DNA of 64,000 nucleotides from Gemmatimonadaceae bacterium (GTDB lineage Bacteria; Gemmatimonadota; Gemmatimonadetes; Gemmatimonadales; Gemmatimonadaceae), in assembly GCA_051859245.1 (NCBI GenBank), contig JBHYGA010000001.1, positions 1,213,722-1,277,721 of the forward strand, given 5' to 3'. Positions 31,043 to 39,930 of this stretch are shown piece after piece; the first letter of the stretch is position 1, and each line of letters starts with the position of its first letter. Position numbers and translations under genes: made by a program. The notes beneath the pieces were generated by a model that worked only from the letters and a program-made list of their open reading frames with translations, was not told the origin of the DNA and searched no databases.

Positions 31043-31082
31043 CCCCCCCGTTCCCTCACGGAACGAGGGGTTCCGTTTTTTC
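31043..31082 (+). terminator. Terminator after the HEPN operon
   Basis: CCCC-CGTTCC-ctcac-GGAACG-AGGGG followed by a T-tract. Confidence 0.6.
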
Positions 31083-31295
31083 TGCGTATGAAAGAGTGCC
31101 TGGAAGGTGACAATGACTCGTTTGGCTCGCCGCAGACGTATTAAGCACGCGGCGGAGGTGCGTGCTCGCATCGATGCACAGCGGGCGCCACCACACGACT
31201 CCGTCGTCACGCGCTGTACGGTTGATGGCCTCGATGAGCGCCGCGCGATCCGCGCAGAGCATAACAGCGGTGGACGATAGGAAGAGGTAGCGCAT
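31056..31295 (-). CDS. Small hypothetical protein
   Basis: TATCAT 6 nt before ATG (leaderless-type start). Confidence 0.35.
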   Translation of the reverse strand: MRYLFLSSTAVMLCADRAALIEAINRTARDDGVVWWRPLCIDASTHLRRVLNTSAASQTSHCHLPGTLSYAEKTEPLVP

Positions 31296-31374
31296 GCCGA
31301 CATGATACGGCGAGGCGTCACGGCGGTGTCACTGCTCGCTTGCGTGGCGACCGCCGACTGGGCGGCGGCACAAC

Positions 31375-31546
31375 TTGCGCACCCCTCACTCTCTCTCTAT
31401 TTTAGTCTAAGCTAAGTTCGATCACCGCTTCGGCGGCCCGGTCTTGGCGCCGTGCAAACGGAAACGTCGGGCCAGAAGCGGTTCCTTCTGCTGCACCCGG
31501 TCATACAACGCTCTCCCGCGAGAGCGTCTGTGTGCCCGGGTTTTTT
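31375..31546 (+). promoter_or_regulatory. Promoter plus structured leader RNA plus terminator before the replication operon
   Basis: TTGCGC-N17-TATTTT; stems ACCGCTTC/GAAGCGGT, GGCCCG/CGGGCC, CCGT-GCAA-ACGG; hairpin 31495-31541 then TTTTT. Confidence 0.6.
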
Positions 31547-31573
31547 GCGTTCATTCCCATCTCTGGAGGTCCC

Positions 31574-31786
31574 ATGCCGGTTCTTGCTGCACCTCGCGTC
31601 CCGCTGATGCAGGCCGCGCTCAAACTCGGTTGGAACTACAACCGCACACGCGACGGCATTCTGTGCGGTCATCTTCGCGGCGAACAGGATGACCGGGGAC
31701 GGTGGTACGTCGACGCGGAGTCTCTAGCGTCCGCAATCGCTGCGCGCTCAACTACGGTCGGCACTGCATCCGCCACACACCCTTAA
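31574..31786 (+). CDS. Small excisionase/MerR-like DNA-binding protein
   Basis: RBS GGAGG; LMQAALKLG...GHLRGEQDDRGRWYVDAESL. Confidence 0.65.
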   Translation: MPVLAAPRVPLMQAALKLGWNYNRTRDGILCGHLRGEQDDRGRWYVDAESLASAIAARSTTVGTASATHP

Positions 31787-31849
31787 CGCACGAACGCGCG
31801 ACGGGGGCTGTGGGGCCCGTATCCGCCGCGCGTTCATGGAGACTGACAG

Positions 31850-32191
31850 ATGAAAAGTAGCAACTTCCGTCGACAGTTGAAAGCGACTCTGCGCGTATCT
31901 CCGGACAACAGTCTGCCGGCGCCACCGAGGATACTGCCGTTCCGGCCGCGCGAACCCCGGGGTACGCTCCGCGGCGACACGCACTCGACGCACTGGGACA
32001 TCCCGACAAGAACACGCGACTTGGCCTGCTTCGCACAGTTTCTCGAGGAACGCTGCGTCGCGCGGCTCGGCGATTTGCGGCTCGCGCTGGTTGACCATCT
32101 CGTTCAGCAAAATGGTGCCTCTCGTCGCAGCGTGACACGGGATGTGTACGCGCTTTTGCCGCCAGCCCGCGACACGGGAGACGGTCGATGA
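31850..32191 (+). CDS. Hypothetical protein
   Basis: RBS GGAG; ATGA overlap with next gene. Confidence 0.5.
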   Translation: MKSSNFRRQLKATLRVSPDNSLPAPPRILPFRPREPRGTLRGDTHSTHWDIPTRTRDLACFAQFLEERCVARLGDLRLALVDHLVQQNGASRRSVTRDVYALLPPARDTGDGR

Positions 32192-32562
32192 ACGCCGGTA
32201 CTCGACGCCCGCCACGCCGCCAACTGCGTTCGGTGTCGCGCGGGAATGACGCGCTGGCGTTTCCAGTTGGTCACGAAGCGGCGGTGCGGCTCGCCGATCT
32301 ACAGCGGGACGAGTCACTCGCCCATTCGATTTCGAACATTCTCGCCCCGACCAATAGCACGCTGCACGGAGAACGTGGTCGGACGGTACGATTGCTCGCT
32401 ACCCTCGCCCACGAACGCAAGCTTTCTTGGCGGACGGCACGTCGCGTGCTCGTTGCGCACAGCACCTTCGAATGGGATCGGGGCGATCCCAACGCGATCG
32501 CCGACGCGCTCGAAGCTTTAGCATACGAGCGCGTGCGTCTGCGTGACACGGAGGCCGCATGA
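32188..32562 (+). CDS. Hypothetical protein
   Basis: ATGA overlaps on both sides. Confidence 0.55.
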   Translation: MNAGTRRPPRRQLRSVSRGNDALAFPVGHEAAVRLADLQRDESLAHSISNILAPTNSTLHGERGRTVRLLATLAHERKLSWRTARRVLVAHSTFEWDRGDPNAIADALEALAYERVRLRDTEAA

Positions 32563-33641
32563 GCGCGTGCCTTTGGTTGGCGCCGTTGCCGACGACCCGC
32601 GCACTTGACGACGAGGCAACGGGGTACAGTGCACTCGCGCACGCTCTCGCTACGTTCGCTGATCAGCGCTTGGTCAACCGACGCGACGTGTGGGGCGGCT
32701 ACTGGCCCAACGGTATGCGCGAAACGCTCGGCAAGGTCTACACGGCGCCGCGCGTGAAGGACCGGGGACGCGTGTTGTTGGCGCCATCGGTACTGCGCCA
32801 ACACTTCGCGTCACGCGATGCCGGTGACGTGATCGGTCTGCATTCCACGAGTGAATCCGATTCGTCGCGCTGGCTCGCGTTTGACATCGACGCGCACGAC
32901 GAAACGGTGACGCCAGAGACCACGCGATTGAGTGCGTGCTATCTTGCGGAACGCCTCGCGGAGCGCGGTGCTGCGGTGCTGCTCGAAGACTCGGACGGCG
33001 CCGGTGGGTATCACGTTTGGATCCATTTTGAGGCGCCAGTTGCAACCGCTGCCGCCTACGAATGGGCGCGGCGGCTCGCGGATGATTGTGCGTCGGCGAC
33101 TGGACTGCGGCCCGAAACATTCCCCAAGCAAGCGAGCGCCGCGGGTGCGTTCGGCAACTGGCTGCGTTTACCGGGGCGCCATCATACGCGTTCGCATTGG
33201 TCGCGGGTGTGTCGTCCTGGCGAAGCGTGGGCGAGCGGTGCCGACGCCGCGACGTGCGTGCTCTCGTGGCCTGCAACGCCTGCGGACGTCGTACCGCCGG
33301 TCGATGCATGGCCGCAACCGCAGCGCGTACACACACCGCTGGTGGTGGCAACGAACGATGCGCCGACCGATCGTGCGCGCATCATTGCCGCGTACGTGCG
33401 CCGCCTTCCGCACGGCAAGGCGGGCAGTGCACGCTCCGACCGTCTCTTCAGTCTCGCGCGGTTTCTTCGCCATGGCATGCAGTGCAGCGACGCCGAAGCG
33501 TTGCCGGTGCTGCACGCGTGGAATAGTGGCAACGCCCCGCCACTGCCTGAAGCCAAGGTGCTGATCACATGGCAAAACGCGGCAACCTATGCGAGCCGCC
33601 CCGTCGCTGTCCGTGTAAGCGGGAGGCGTCATGCAGCGTGA
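32559..33641 (+). CDS. AEP-superfamily primase with PriCT-like C-terminus
   Basis: WLAFDIDAH, EDSDGAGGYHVWIHF, ETFPKQ, GNWLRLP; C-terminal RSDRLFSLA...WN...PPLPE. Confidence 0.82.
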   Translation: MSACLWLAPLPTTRALDDEATGYSALAHALATFADQRLVNRRDVWGGYWPNGMRETLGKVYTAPRVKDRGRVLLAPSVLRQHFASRDAGDVIGLHSTSESDSSRWLAFDIDAHDETVTPETTRLSACYLAERLAERGAAVLLEDSDGAGGYHVWIHFEAPVATAAAYEWARRLADDCASATGLRPETFPKQASAAGAFGNWLRLPGRHHTRSHWSRVCRPGEAWASGADAATCVLSWPATPADVVPPVDAWPQPQRVHTPLVVATNDAPTDRARIIAAYVRRLPHGKAGSARSDRLFSLARFLRHGMQCSDAEALPVLHAWNSGNAPPLPEAKVLITWQNAATYASRPVAVRVSGRRHAA

Positions 33642-35304
33642 CGATCCCGCGCTGAGCGCCATTCGCGAGCAGGATCGCGCGCGCGGTCACGACTCGCCCT
33701 CCCCCACGGTCTCTGCACTCGAAGCACGCGTCGACCTGGCATCGGGCGCGGGATACATCACGGTGCGTTGGGATCGCGGCGAGAAACGCCCCGCCGTCAC
33801 ACTGGTCATCGATGGTGCGCCGGTTGGTGTTGAGCGGTTCGATCTGCTGAACGTGCGCGCCCGCACCCGGTTCGCCGAGATGGCGCCGGACGCGCTACGC
33901 GCAGAGACGGAGCGCGCGCTGGTTGATCTGGCCCTGCGGCCACCGCCCACCACACGCGTCGATGAACCGTCGAGCCGTGCGGTGCTGGTCGCGGATGACG
34001 AGCCGAGCGACGAGCCGGTTGTGCTCGGCGACGTGCTGCACGCGGCGCGCACGGCGTTCACACGCTACGCCGTGTTGCCTGCGCATGGCGATATCGTGCT
34101 AACGCTGTGGGTGGTCGCGACACACTTTGTGCAGCACTTGCACTACTTCGGCATTTTGCATGTGCAAAGCGCGGTGCGAGAGTCCGGCAAAACGCGCGTC
34201 CTTGAGCTCGTGCATTTGATGTCGGCGCGGTCGTGGTCGCTCGTGCAGCCGACGATGTCGACACTGTTTCGCGTGATTGAAGCGAAAGCGCCAACGGTGT
34301 TGATCGACGAAGCCGACACGTTGTCCCGAGAGCAGATCTCCGACTTTACCGCGCTACTGAACGATGGTGTTAAGCGCGGCGGGTGCATCCCGCGCACGGC
34401 CGAACGCTCGGATGGCTCCTTCGAAGTGGAAGGCTTTGCGATCTACTGTCCGAAGGCGATCGGCTCTATCGGCGTGCCATTTACTGACGCGACGGTGAGT
34501 CGGACGATTCGCCTCGTGATGGATCGCGCGGATCCGTCGGCTCTTGCGCGGCTGACACCGTTTCGCATGGATCGCGCGGAACAACGGTGGGCCCGATCGC
34601 TTCGGCGCCAGCTGGTTCGCGCGGGCAACGATTATGGCGAGCGGTTGGCCGCGCTGCTCGATGTGGGCGACGACGACGAAACAAACGTGCCGCTTCCGGC
34701 CGGTGTCGATGGACGGCAAGCGCAGATTTGGGAACCGTTGTTGGCGCTCGCGGATCTCGCGGGCGGCGAGTGGCCGGTGCTCGCCCGGACTGCGTGTCTG
34801 CACTTTGTGTCCGCGCTGAAAGCGGCAGAGCCAGCGGACCCGAAGGTTCGGCTGCTGAGCGATTTGCGCGAGTTCTTCCATGAGAAGCCGAGCATCGCGT
34901 ACGCGACGTCTGAACAGATTATCGAGTTCCTGATTGCCGACGAGGCGCGGGGCTGGTCAGAGTATCGGCGCGGTCATCCGATCACGCCGCATCAGCTCGC
35001 CCGGTTGCTGAAGCCATTCCGCGTGCGCCCCGCGATTCAGCGCGCGAGCGAACTACCGCAAGGGCGAGCACGAGCATGGGCACGCGCCGAGCTGGAGCCC
35101 GTGTGGGAGCGACTCGCACCACAAAGCGAGACGATTGACGACGCCGCAAACCCGACAGCGCACAGCGCCTCCGGTGTCACGGATGTCACGCTTGTCACGG
35201 ATGTCACACTTGCCAGTGACACAAACGATGTCGGTCCCGGCCTCGAAGTGCTGCCTTCGAGCTACTGGGATGCGTACGATCTCCTCCACGAGGACGCCGC
35301 CTAA
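33631..35304 (+). CDS. DUF3631-domain P-loop ATPase (replication helicase-like)
   Basis: Walker A SAVRESGKT, Walker B VLIDEAD, RQAQIWEPLLALADLAGGEWP, ITPHQLARLLKPF. Confidence 0.82.
   Translation: MQRDDPALSAIREQDRARGHDSPSPTVSALEARVDLASGAGYITVRWDRGEKRPAVTLVIDGAPVGVERFDLLNVRARTRFAEMAPDALRAETERALVDLALRPPPTTRVDEPSSRAVLVADDEPSDEPVVLGDVLHAARTAFTRYAVLPAHGDIVLTLWVVATHFVQHLHYFGILHVQSAVRESGKTRVLELVHLMSARSWSLVQPTMSTLFRVIEAKAPTVLIDEADTLSREQISDFTALLNDGVKRGGCIPRTAERSDGSFEVEGFAIYCPKAIGSIGVPFTDATVSRTIRLVMDRADPSALARLTPFRMDRAEQRWARSLRRQLVRAGNDYGERLAALLDVGDDDETNVPLPAGVDGRQAQIWEPLLALADLAGGEWPVLARTACLHFVSALKAAEPADPKVRLLSDLREFFHEKPSIAYATSEQIIEFLIADEARGWSEYRRGHPITPHQLARLLKPFRVRPAIQRASELPQGRARAWARAELEPVWERLAPQSETIDDAANPTAHSASGVTDVTLVTDVTLASDTNDVGPGLEVLPSSYWDAYDLLHEDAA
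35175..35221. repeat. Four 9-bp iterons (putative ori) at the 3' end of the DUF3631 gene
   Basis: TGTCACGGA TGTCACGCT TGTCACGGA TGTCACACT, plus inverted GTGACA. Confidence 0.7.
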
Positions 35305-35753
35305 TGGCGCGCCGTGCAAAGGATGATGCGAACCTCGGCCCGAAAAAAGCCGAAGAGAAAGCCGTGAAAAGGGCACCAAACACGCCGTCCGACGACGCGC
35401 CGCCGTCCGAGCCATCGGCCGAACCGATGCAACTCGAAACGCCGAAGCACGGCAAAGGACTGCTCCGCCGCAGTGGTGTGTCGCCCGGTTCGGGACGGCG
35501 CCCCTCCGCGCTCAGAGCGATCGCGATGAACGGTGTTGATCGCGCGTTGCCGCAGATCCAAGCGCTTGCCGAAGCAGGCGGGCCGGACGCGATCCCAGCC
35601 TTCAATGCGCTGGTGAAGGTCGCGGGATTGGACGGCCGGATTTCGCCGGCCGACGTGCGCGAACGCTTACGGGCGCAAGTCGAAATGATTCGCTCCCGCT
35701 CACAGTGGACACCACAAGAGCTGCTCGATCAGCTCGGGGAGATTTGGAGATGA
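35304..35753 (+). CDS. Putative small-terminase-like protein
   Basis: G/P/R-rich motif PKHGKGLLRRSGVSPGSGRRPS then helices; lies directly after the rep genes; homology unverified. Confidence 0.45.
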   Translation: MARRAKDDANLGPKKAEEKAVKRAPNTPSDDAPPSEPSAEPMQLETPKHGKGLLRRSGVSPGSGRRPSALRAIAMNGVDRALPQIQALAEAGGPDAIPAFNALVKVAGLDGRISPADVRERLRAQVEMIRSRSQWTPQELLDQLGEIWR

Positions 35754-38206
35754 CAATGCCGGCTATGACGCCGCCACCGGCGCCCCCTCGCGCTCGCCCA
35801 CTCTCGTTCGAAGAATGGAAGGCTGCGGGGAAGCCGACGGGCGCACCCGATCAGCGGGAGCGCAGGTCGCTAGAAGAGATTTTTGGGGACGAGAGACCCG
35901 CGGCGCCGAAGGAGACGCCAGGACACCTCTCGGGCATCGCGGGTCAGCTTGCACAAGGCGTGACGTTCGGTGCCATGGCGCCGATTGCCGGCGCCGCTGG
36001 AACGGTTGTGCGCAAGATCCAAGGGGATGGCCGACCGATCGGTGACATCTACACGCAACTGCGCGACGATTATCGCGGGCATGATGACACCTACCGCGAC
36101 GCGTACCCGAAAACAGCGTTTGCCGCGAACATCGTCGGCGGTGTCGCCTCGCCTGCATCATCGGCGTTGAATGCGGTGAGGGTGTCATCGAAAGCGGGAA
36201 TGCTCGCCAAGGCCGCCAACGCCGGCACGCAAGGGGCCCTCGCTGGCGCCGTAGGTGGCGCCGCAAATGCTGACGACGGCAAGGTGTTGGGCGGGGCGGT
36301 TGGTGGCGCCGCACTAGGCGGGATGCTCGGTGGTGGCTTCAGTGTCTTTACTGACGCGATGCGGCAGGGAATGCGCGTCGTTGGTGCCGGTCCGCGCGCC
36401 GCGGGTGATCCGTCGGTGATCGGACGTATGCGGAGCGCGGTTGGCGCCGAGACGGCGGAAGAAAGCGCGGCGCGGCGTGTGCTGCGATTGGGTGAGCAGA
36501 CCGGGCGCACCGTCGACGACTTGCGCAATGCGAGTGCACAGGCGGACGATCCGACCATTCTCGCCGAGTTGTACGGTCCGAAGGGAGCACAGCGTTTGCG
36601 TACGGTGCGCTCGCTTGGCAATACCGCGCGCGAACAAGTCGACGAAACACTCAACGATCGCGCCAGTAATGAGACCGCGCGTTTGCGTGCACGATTCGGC
36701 GAGCTGACTGGTGTCGAGCAGCGCGACGCGGGGGACGTTGCCAAGGGTGCCATGGCGAAGACTGAGCCCGACTACTCGATGCGGTACAAGCTGGCGAACG
36801 AGATCGCGCTCCCGGAGGACGCGGCCCGCGCGGTGGCGGACATCATTTCGCCCCTCGACGTGGACGGACTGAACATTTCCGGCATGGCGCGCAAGCTGGG
36901 CAACATGCCCCAGACGCTGACGGCCAAGCCGAAGGATCCGGCTGGCCCGGGTGCCGTGGCAGAATCCGCCGTGGAAGGCGTGCGCCGCGCGTACCAAGAG
37001 GCGAGCGAGCGCGCGGCCATGCTCGAATCGATGGAAGGGCTGGTCAATCAGGTGGATGCCGACGGACTCCGGACGCGCAGCACGAACATGACGCCTGCTA
37101 TGCGCCGAAAGAACACGATGGCGAAGAAACGGCCGACGGACGAAGTGCTGTCGCGTGGCGAAAAGCGCGAGCTGGGGATGGATCTGACCGAAGATGCGCG
37201 GGCGCGGATTGAAGAGGCCGGCATGTCGGTTGAGGAATACCGCGCGCTGGTCCGTGAAGGGCGCGACGCGCAGCGCCGACTGCCGGCGCTCGAACAGCGA
37301 TTGCAGCAGGCGCAGGGGGCCGCGGATCGCGTGGCGCCGAATGACGCGCCACCGCTGCCGTCCACACTCGGCCAGGTACTCAACTATCGCAACGTGCTGG
37401 ATGCGCTGATTGAAGACAATCAGGCGACATCGTACGGGCGCAAGCTGAACGTGCGCCTAGTGCAGGCGCGCAACGCCCTCGATGCAATTGCGAAGTCCGG
37501 TGGTGGCGACCGCGAAGGCGCGCAACTTGTGCAAGAGGCCGACGAACTGTTTGCGAGTGCAAAGGCTGTCGGCGAGTCTTTCGCTGGCGGCATTCGTGCT
37601 GCGCAGAGCGGCGCCGGTCCAACGGCGGCTCGCATTGTGCGCGAACAACCCAATCAGGAAATGGCACGACAAGGCGTCGCGTCTGACTTTCTGCGTCGCC
37701 TCGGCAACGTCAACGATGAAGGGCGGATTTCAAACCCCGTTCCGACCATGGTTGGCGGACAGAACCGGCGTGACGTGGCGCGGATGGCATTCCCCGATGA
37801 CGACAGCTTCGGGCAGTTTCGCGAGTCGGCGCGCGATGTGGTCAAACGACTGGGCACACTGCGCACGGCAACCGGCGGCTCCCAAACGTCTGACAACGCG
37901 ATTGATGCGCTGTCGGAGTTTATTGATCCGTCCACCGTCTCCGCTGCGATGGGCGGAAGCCCGCTCGGCTTCCTGAGTCGCATTGCACAGAACGGCGCCG
38001 TTCGCAAAGTGTTTGACGCCAATGCGCGTGAAGCCGATGCCATGGCGCCGCTCCTGCTTGCGGGCGGTCCTGAGCAACTCCCGCGAAAGGACGCACTCGA
38101 AATGTTGGCGAAAATGGAGCCCTTCATTCGCGCACGGCTTGCGGCACAAGCCAACCGCGCGGGCGTCGTGGGCGGCACCACATCCAGCTACCTCAACCGG
38201 CGTTAG
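35750..38206 (+). CDS. 818-aa podophage internal-virion/DNA-ejection-like protein
   Basis: AQGVTFG..., Y..LRD.YR....Y....P, Gly/Ala zipper GALAGAVGG...GAVGGAALGGMLGG, long helical body, TGGSQT near C-terminus. Confidence 0.6.
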   Translation: MTMPAMTPPPAPPRARPLSFEEWKAAGKPTGAPDQRERRSLEEIFGDERPAAPKETPGHLSGIAGQLAQGVTFGAMAPIAGAAGTVVRKIQGDGRPIGDIYTQLRDDYRGHDDTYRDAYPKTAFAANIVGGVASPASSALNAVRVSSKAGMLAKAANAGTQGALAGAVGGAANADDGKVLGGAVGGAALGGMLGGGFSVFTDAMRQGMRVVGAGPRAAGDPSVIGRMRSAVGAETAEESAARRVLRLGEQTGRTVDDLRNASAQADDPTILAELYGPKGAQRLRTVRSLGNTAREQVDETLNDRASNETARLRARFGELTGVEQRDAGDVAKGAMAKTEPDYSMRYKLANEIALPEDAARAVADIISPLDVDGLNISGMARKLGNMPQTLTAKPKDPAGPGAVAESAVEGVRRAYQEASERAAMLESMEGLVNQVDADGLRTRSTNMTPAMRRKNTMAKKRPTDEVLSRGEKRELGMDLTEDARARIEEAGMSVEEYRALVREGRDAQRRLPALEQRLQQAQGAADRVAPNDAPPLPSTLGQVLNYRNVLDALIEDNQATSYGRKLNVRLVQARNALDAIAKSGGGDREGAQLVQEADELFASAKAVGESFAGGIRAAQSGAGPTAARIVREQPNQEMARQGVASDFLRRLGNVNDEGRISNPVPTMVGGQNRRDVARMAFPDDDSFGQFRESARDVVKRLGTLRTATGGSQTSDNAIDALSEFIDPSTVSAAMGGSPLGFLSRIAQNGAVRKVFDANAREADAMAPLLLAGGPEQLPRKDALEMLAKMEPFIRARLAAQANRAGVVGGTTSSYLNRR

Positions 38207-38379
38207 TTCAAATCGCGGTAGGAGAGACGACTACCGATGAGCCAACACAGGCCGATGAACGCCACGCACGCCGCTTCAAGGGGTTCGCCGTCAAGGGCGA
38301 GCCCCGCGATGGCGATGCACAGCAGTAGAAATCCGATAAAGACACAGACTCGTTGAAACGTGCTCAGCGTCGGCGGCAT
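38203..38379 (-). CDS. 58-aa two-TM membrane protein (not in ORF track)
   Basis: MPPTLSTFQRVCVFIGFLLLCIAIAGLALDGEPLEAACVAFIGLCWLIGSRLSYRDLN; stop overlaps the facing stop (TTAG). Confidence 0.65.
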   Translation of the reverse strand: MPPTLSTFQRVCVFIGFLLLCIAIAGLALDGEPLEAACVAFIGLCWLIGSRLSYRDLN

Positions 38380-38408
38380 AGCGAATGCGAAAAGGTGAGT
38401 GTGTGAGT

Positions 38409-39776
38409 TCAGCGCGCGGCGCGTGTGAATGCGAGCACTCTGGTGCTACTCGTTCCCGTCAGATACTGGTCGATCGTCTGCGCGATCGCGTCCGCGGCGT
38501 GGCGTACGGTGGCGTCTCTCACTTCACCGTATCGCGACGTCATGCCAGGCAGGGTGTGTCCCACGAGGCGCGCAATCACATGATCGCCGAAGCCGAGTTC
38601 ATCACGCGCCACTGTGGTGAACGAATGCCGCAGATCGTGCAGTCGGAGCGGCGCCGACTCCTCAAGTGCGGCCGCGTGCTTGACGTTCTGCCAGAGTCGT
38701 TTTGGGTCGACGACGTGCGTTCCCTGCGACGTGCCGGGAAACACATAAGGATTGTCCAGCTGTGGCGACTGCGCTCGAATGATCGCGAGCGCGGCACTCC
38801 CAAGCGGACGTTCGCTTCGGCCGCTCTTGGTATCGGTGAGCACCGCAACGCCACGCGCGAGATTGACCGCATCCCATCGCAGCGTCAGGACTTCTTGCTC
38901 TCGCCATCCGGTGACCACGAGAAAACGCAGTGCGGCAACGAGGACCGGATTCGCCGGTGTGAGCACGGGGCTCGCGGGCAATAAGAACGGCGCGCGCGAC
39001 GCGTACGGACCGCGCACGCGACCACTGTGCTTGGCCCGCCGCTGCGAGGAGACACCGCGTGTCTGTGCTTGCAACGTCGGCGTTGCCGGAAGCCCGACGA
39101 GCGCCGCGGCGCTGAGTGCTGAGCCAAGGCGCCCGTACTCGTCCGCCGTCAGGCTGCGACTCTTGCGCCGCTCCTCGAAGCGTTCGACATCAACGCACGG
39201 GTTGGTGTGTTTAGCGCGGTAACCGCGTCGCTCCGCCCACACAAAGAACGTCGACAACAGATCAACCGCGCGATTGGCGAGTATCGGGGTAGCGCGTCGC
39301 TCGCTATGCCAGCGCGCAACCGTCGCCTCGTCGACGGCCGCGAAACGCATACCGCCGAACGTGGGCGCGAGCGTCATGCGCCAGACCCGCTCGTATTCCG
39401 CGTGCGTGCGCGGCGCCAACTTGCCTTCGCGTTCTTTCAAGTAGTCGGGGAAGACATCGGCGAGCACCTGGCGCCCGCGTCCGTCGGCGTCGTCGCCTTT
39501 CGGATCGCGCCCTTCCGCAACATCGGTTGCAGCGCGACGTGCCAGTGTGCGCGCGGTGTCGACGGTAATGCTCGGGAACGTGCCCAGCGCGAGACGCCGC
39601 GTCGCGCTCGTGTTCGGCGCCTGATACTGAAACACGAACACGCGCCGGCCGCTCGCGTACACGCGCAATCCGAAGCCGCGTTGCTCCGCATCCCAGACGA
39701 ACACTTCACCGCGTGCGGGCGCCTTGGTGGCATCCACGGCGCGTTTGGTGAGCTTGATGTGCGAGAGCTTGGGCAC
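38409..39776 (-). CDS. int: Tyrosine integrase with N-terminal arm-binding domain (DUF4102/P4-like)
   Basis: FVWD....GFGLRV..SG...FVFQY; catalytic TGWR, TKSG, HDLRH, LVGH, SRY. Confidence 0.93.
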   Translation of the reverse strand: MPKLSHIKLTKRAVDATKAPARGEVFVWDAEQRGFGLRVYASGRRVFVFQYQAPNTSATRRLALGTFPSITVDTARTLARRAATDVAEGRDPKGDDADGRGRQVLADVFPDYLKEREGKLAPRTHAEYERVWRMTLAPTFGGMRFAAVDEATVARWHSERRATPILANRAVDLLSTFFVWAERRGYRAKHTNPCVDVERFEERRKSRSLTADEYGRLGSALSAAALVGLPATPTLQAQTRGVSSQRRAKHSGRVRGPYASRAPFLLPASPVLTPANPVLVAALRFLVVTGWREQEVLTLRWDAVNLARGVAVLTDTKSGRSERPLGSAALAIIRAQSPQLDNPYVFPGTSQGTHVVDPKRLWQNVKHAAALEESAPLRLHDLRHSFTTVARDELGFGDHVIARLVGHTLPGMTSRYGEVRDATVRHAADAIAQTIDQYLTGTSSTRVLAFTRAAR

Positions 39777-39930
39777 GGCGGAACCCCTGCGGTTAATCTT
39801 CCGGAATGACTCCGGAAGATACGGAGCGGGAATGTGGGAGCGGGTTCCGGGAAGATACGGGAACGTCTCCCCTCTGTAAATGCGATGGGGAGAGTATGTG
39901 CGGGAACTGGCGGGAACGCAAGTCCGCTGG

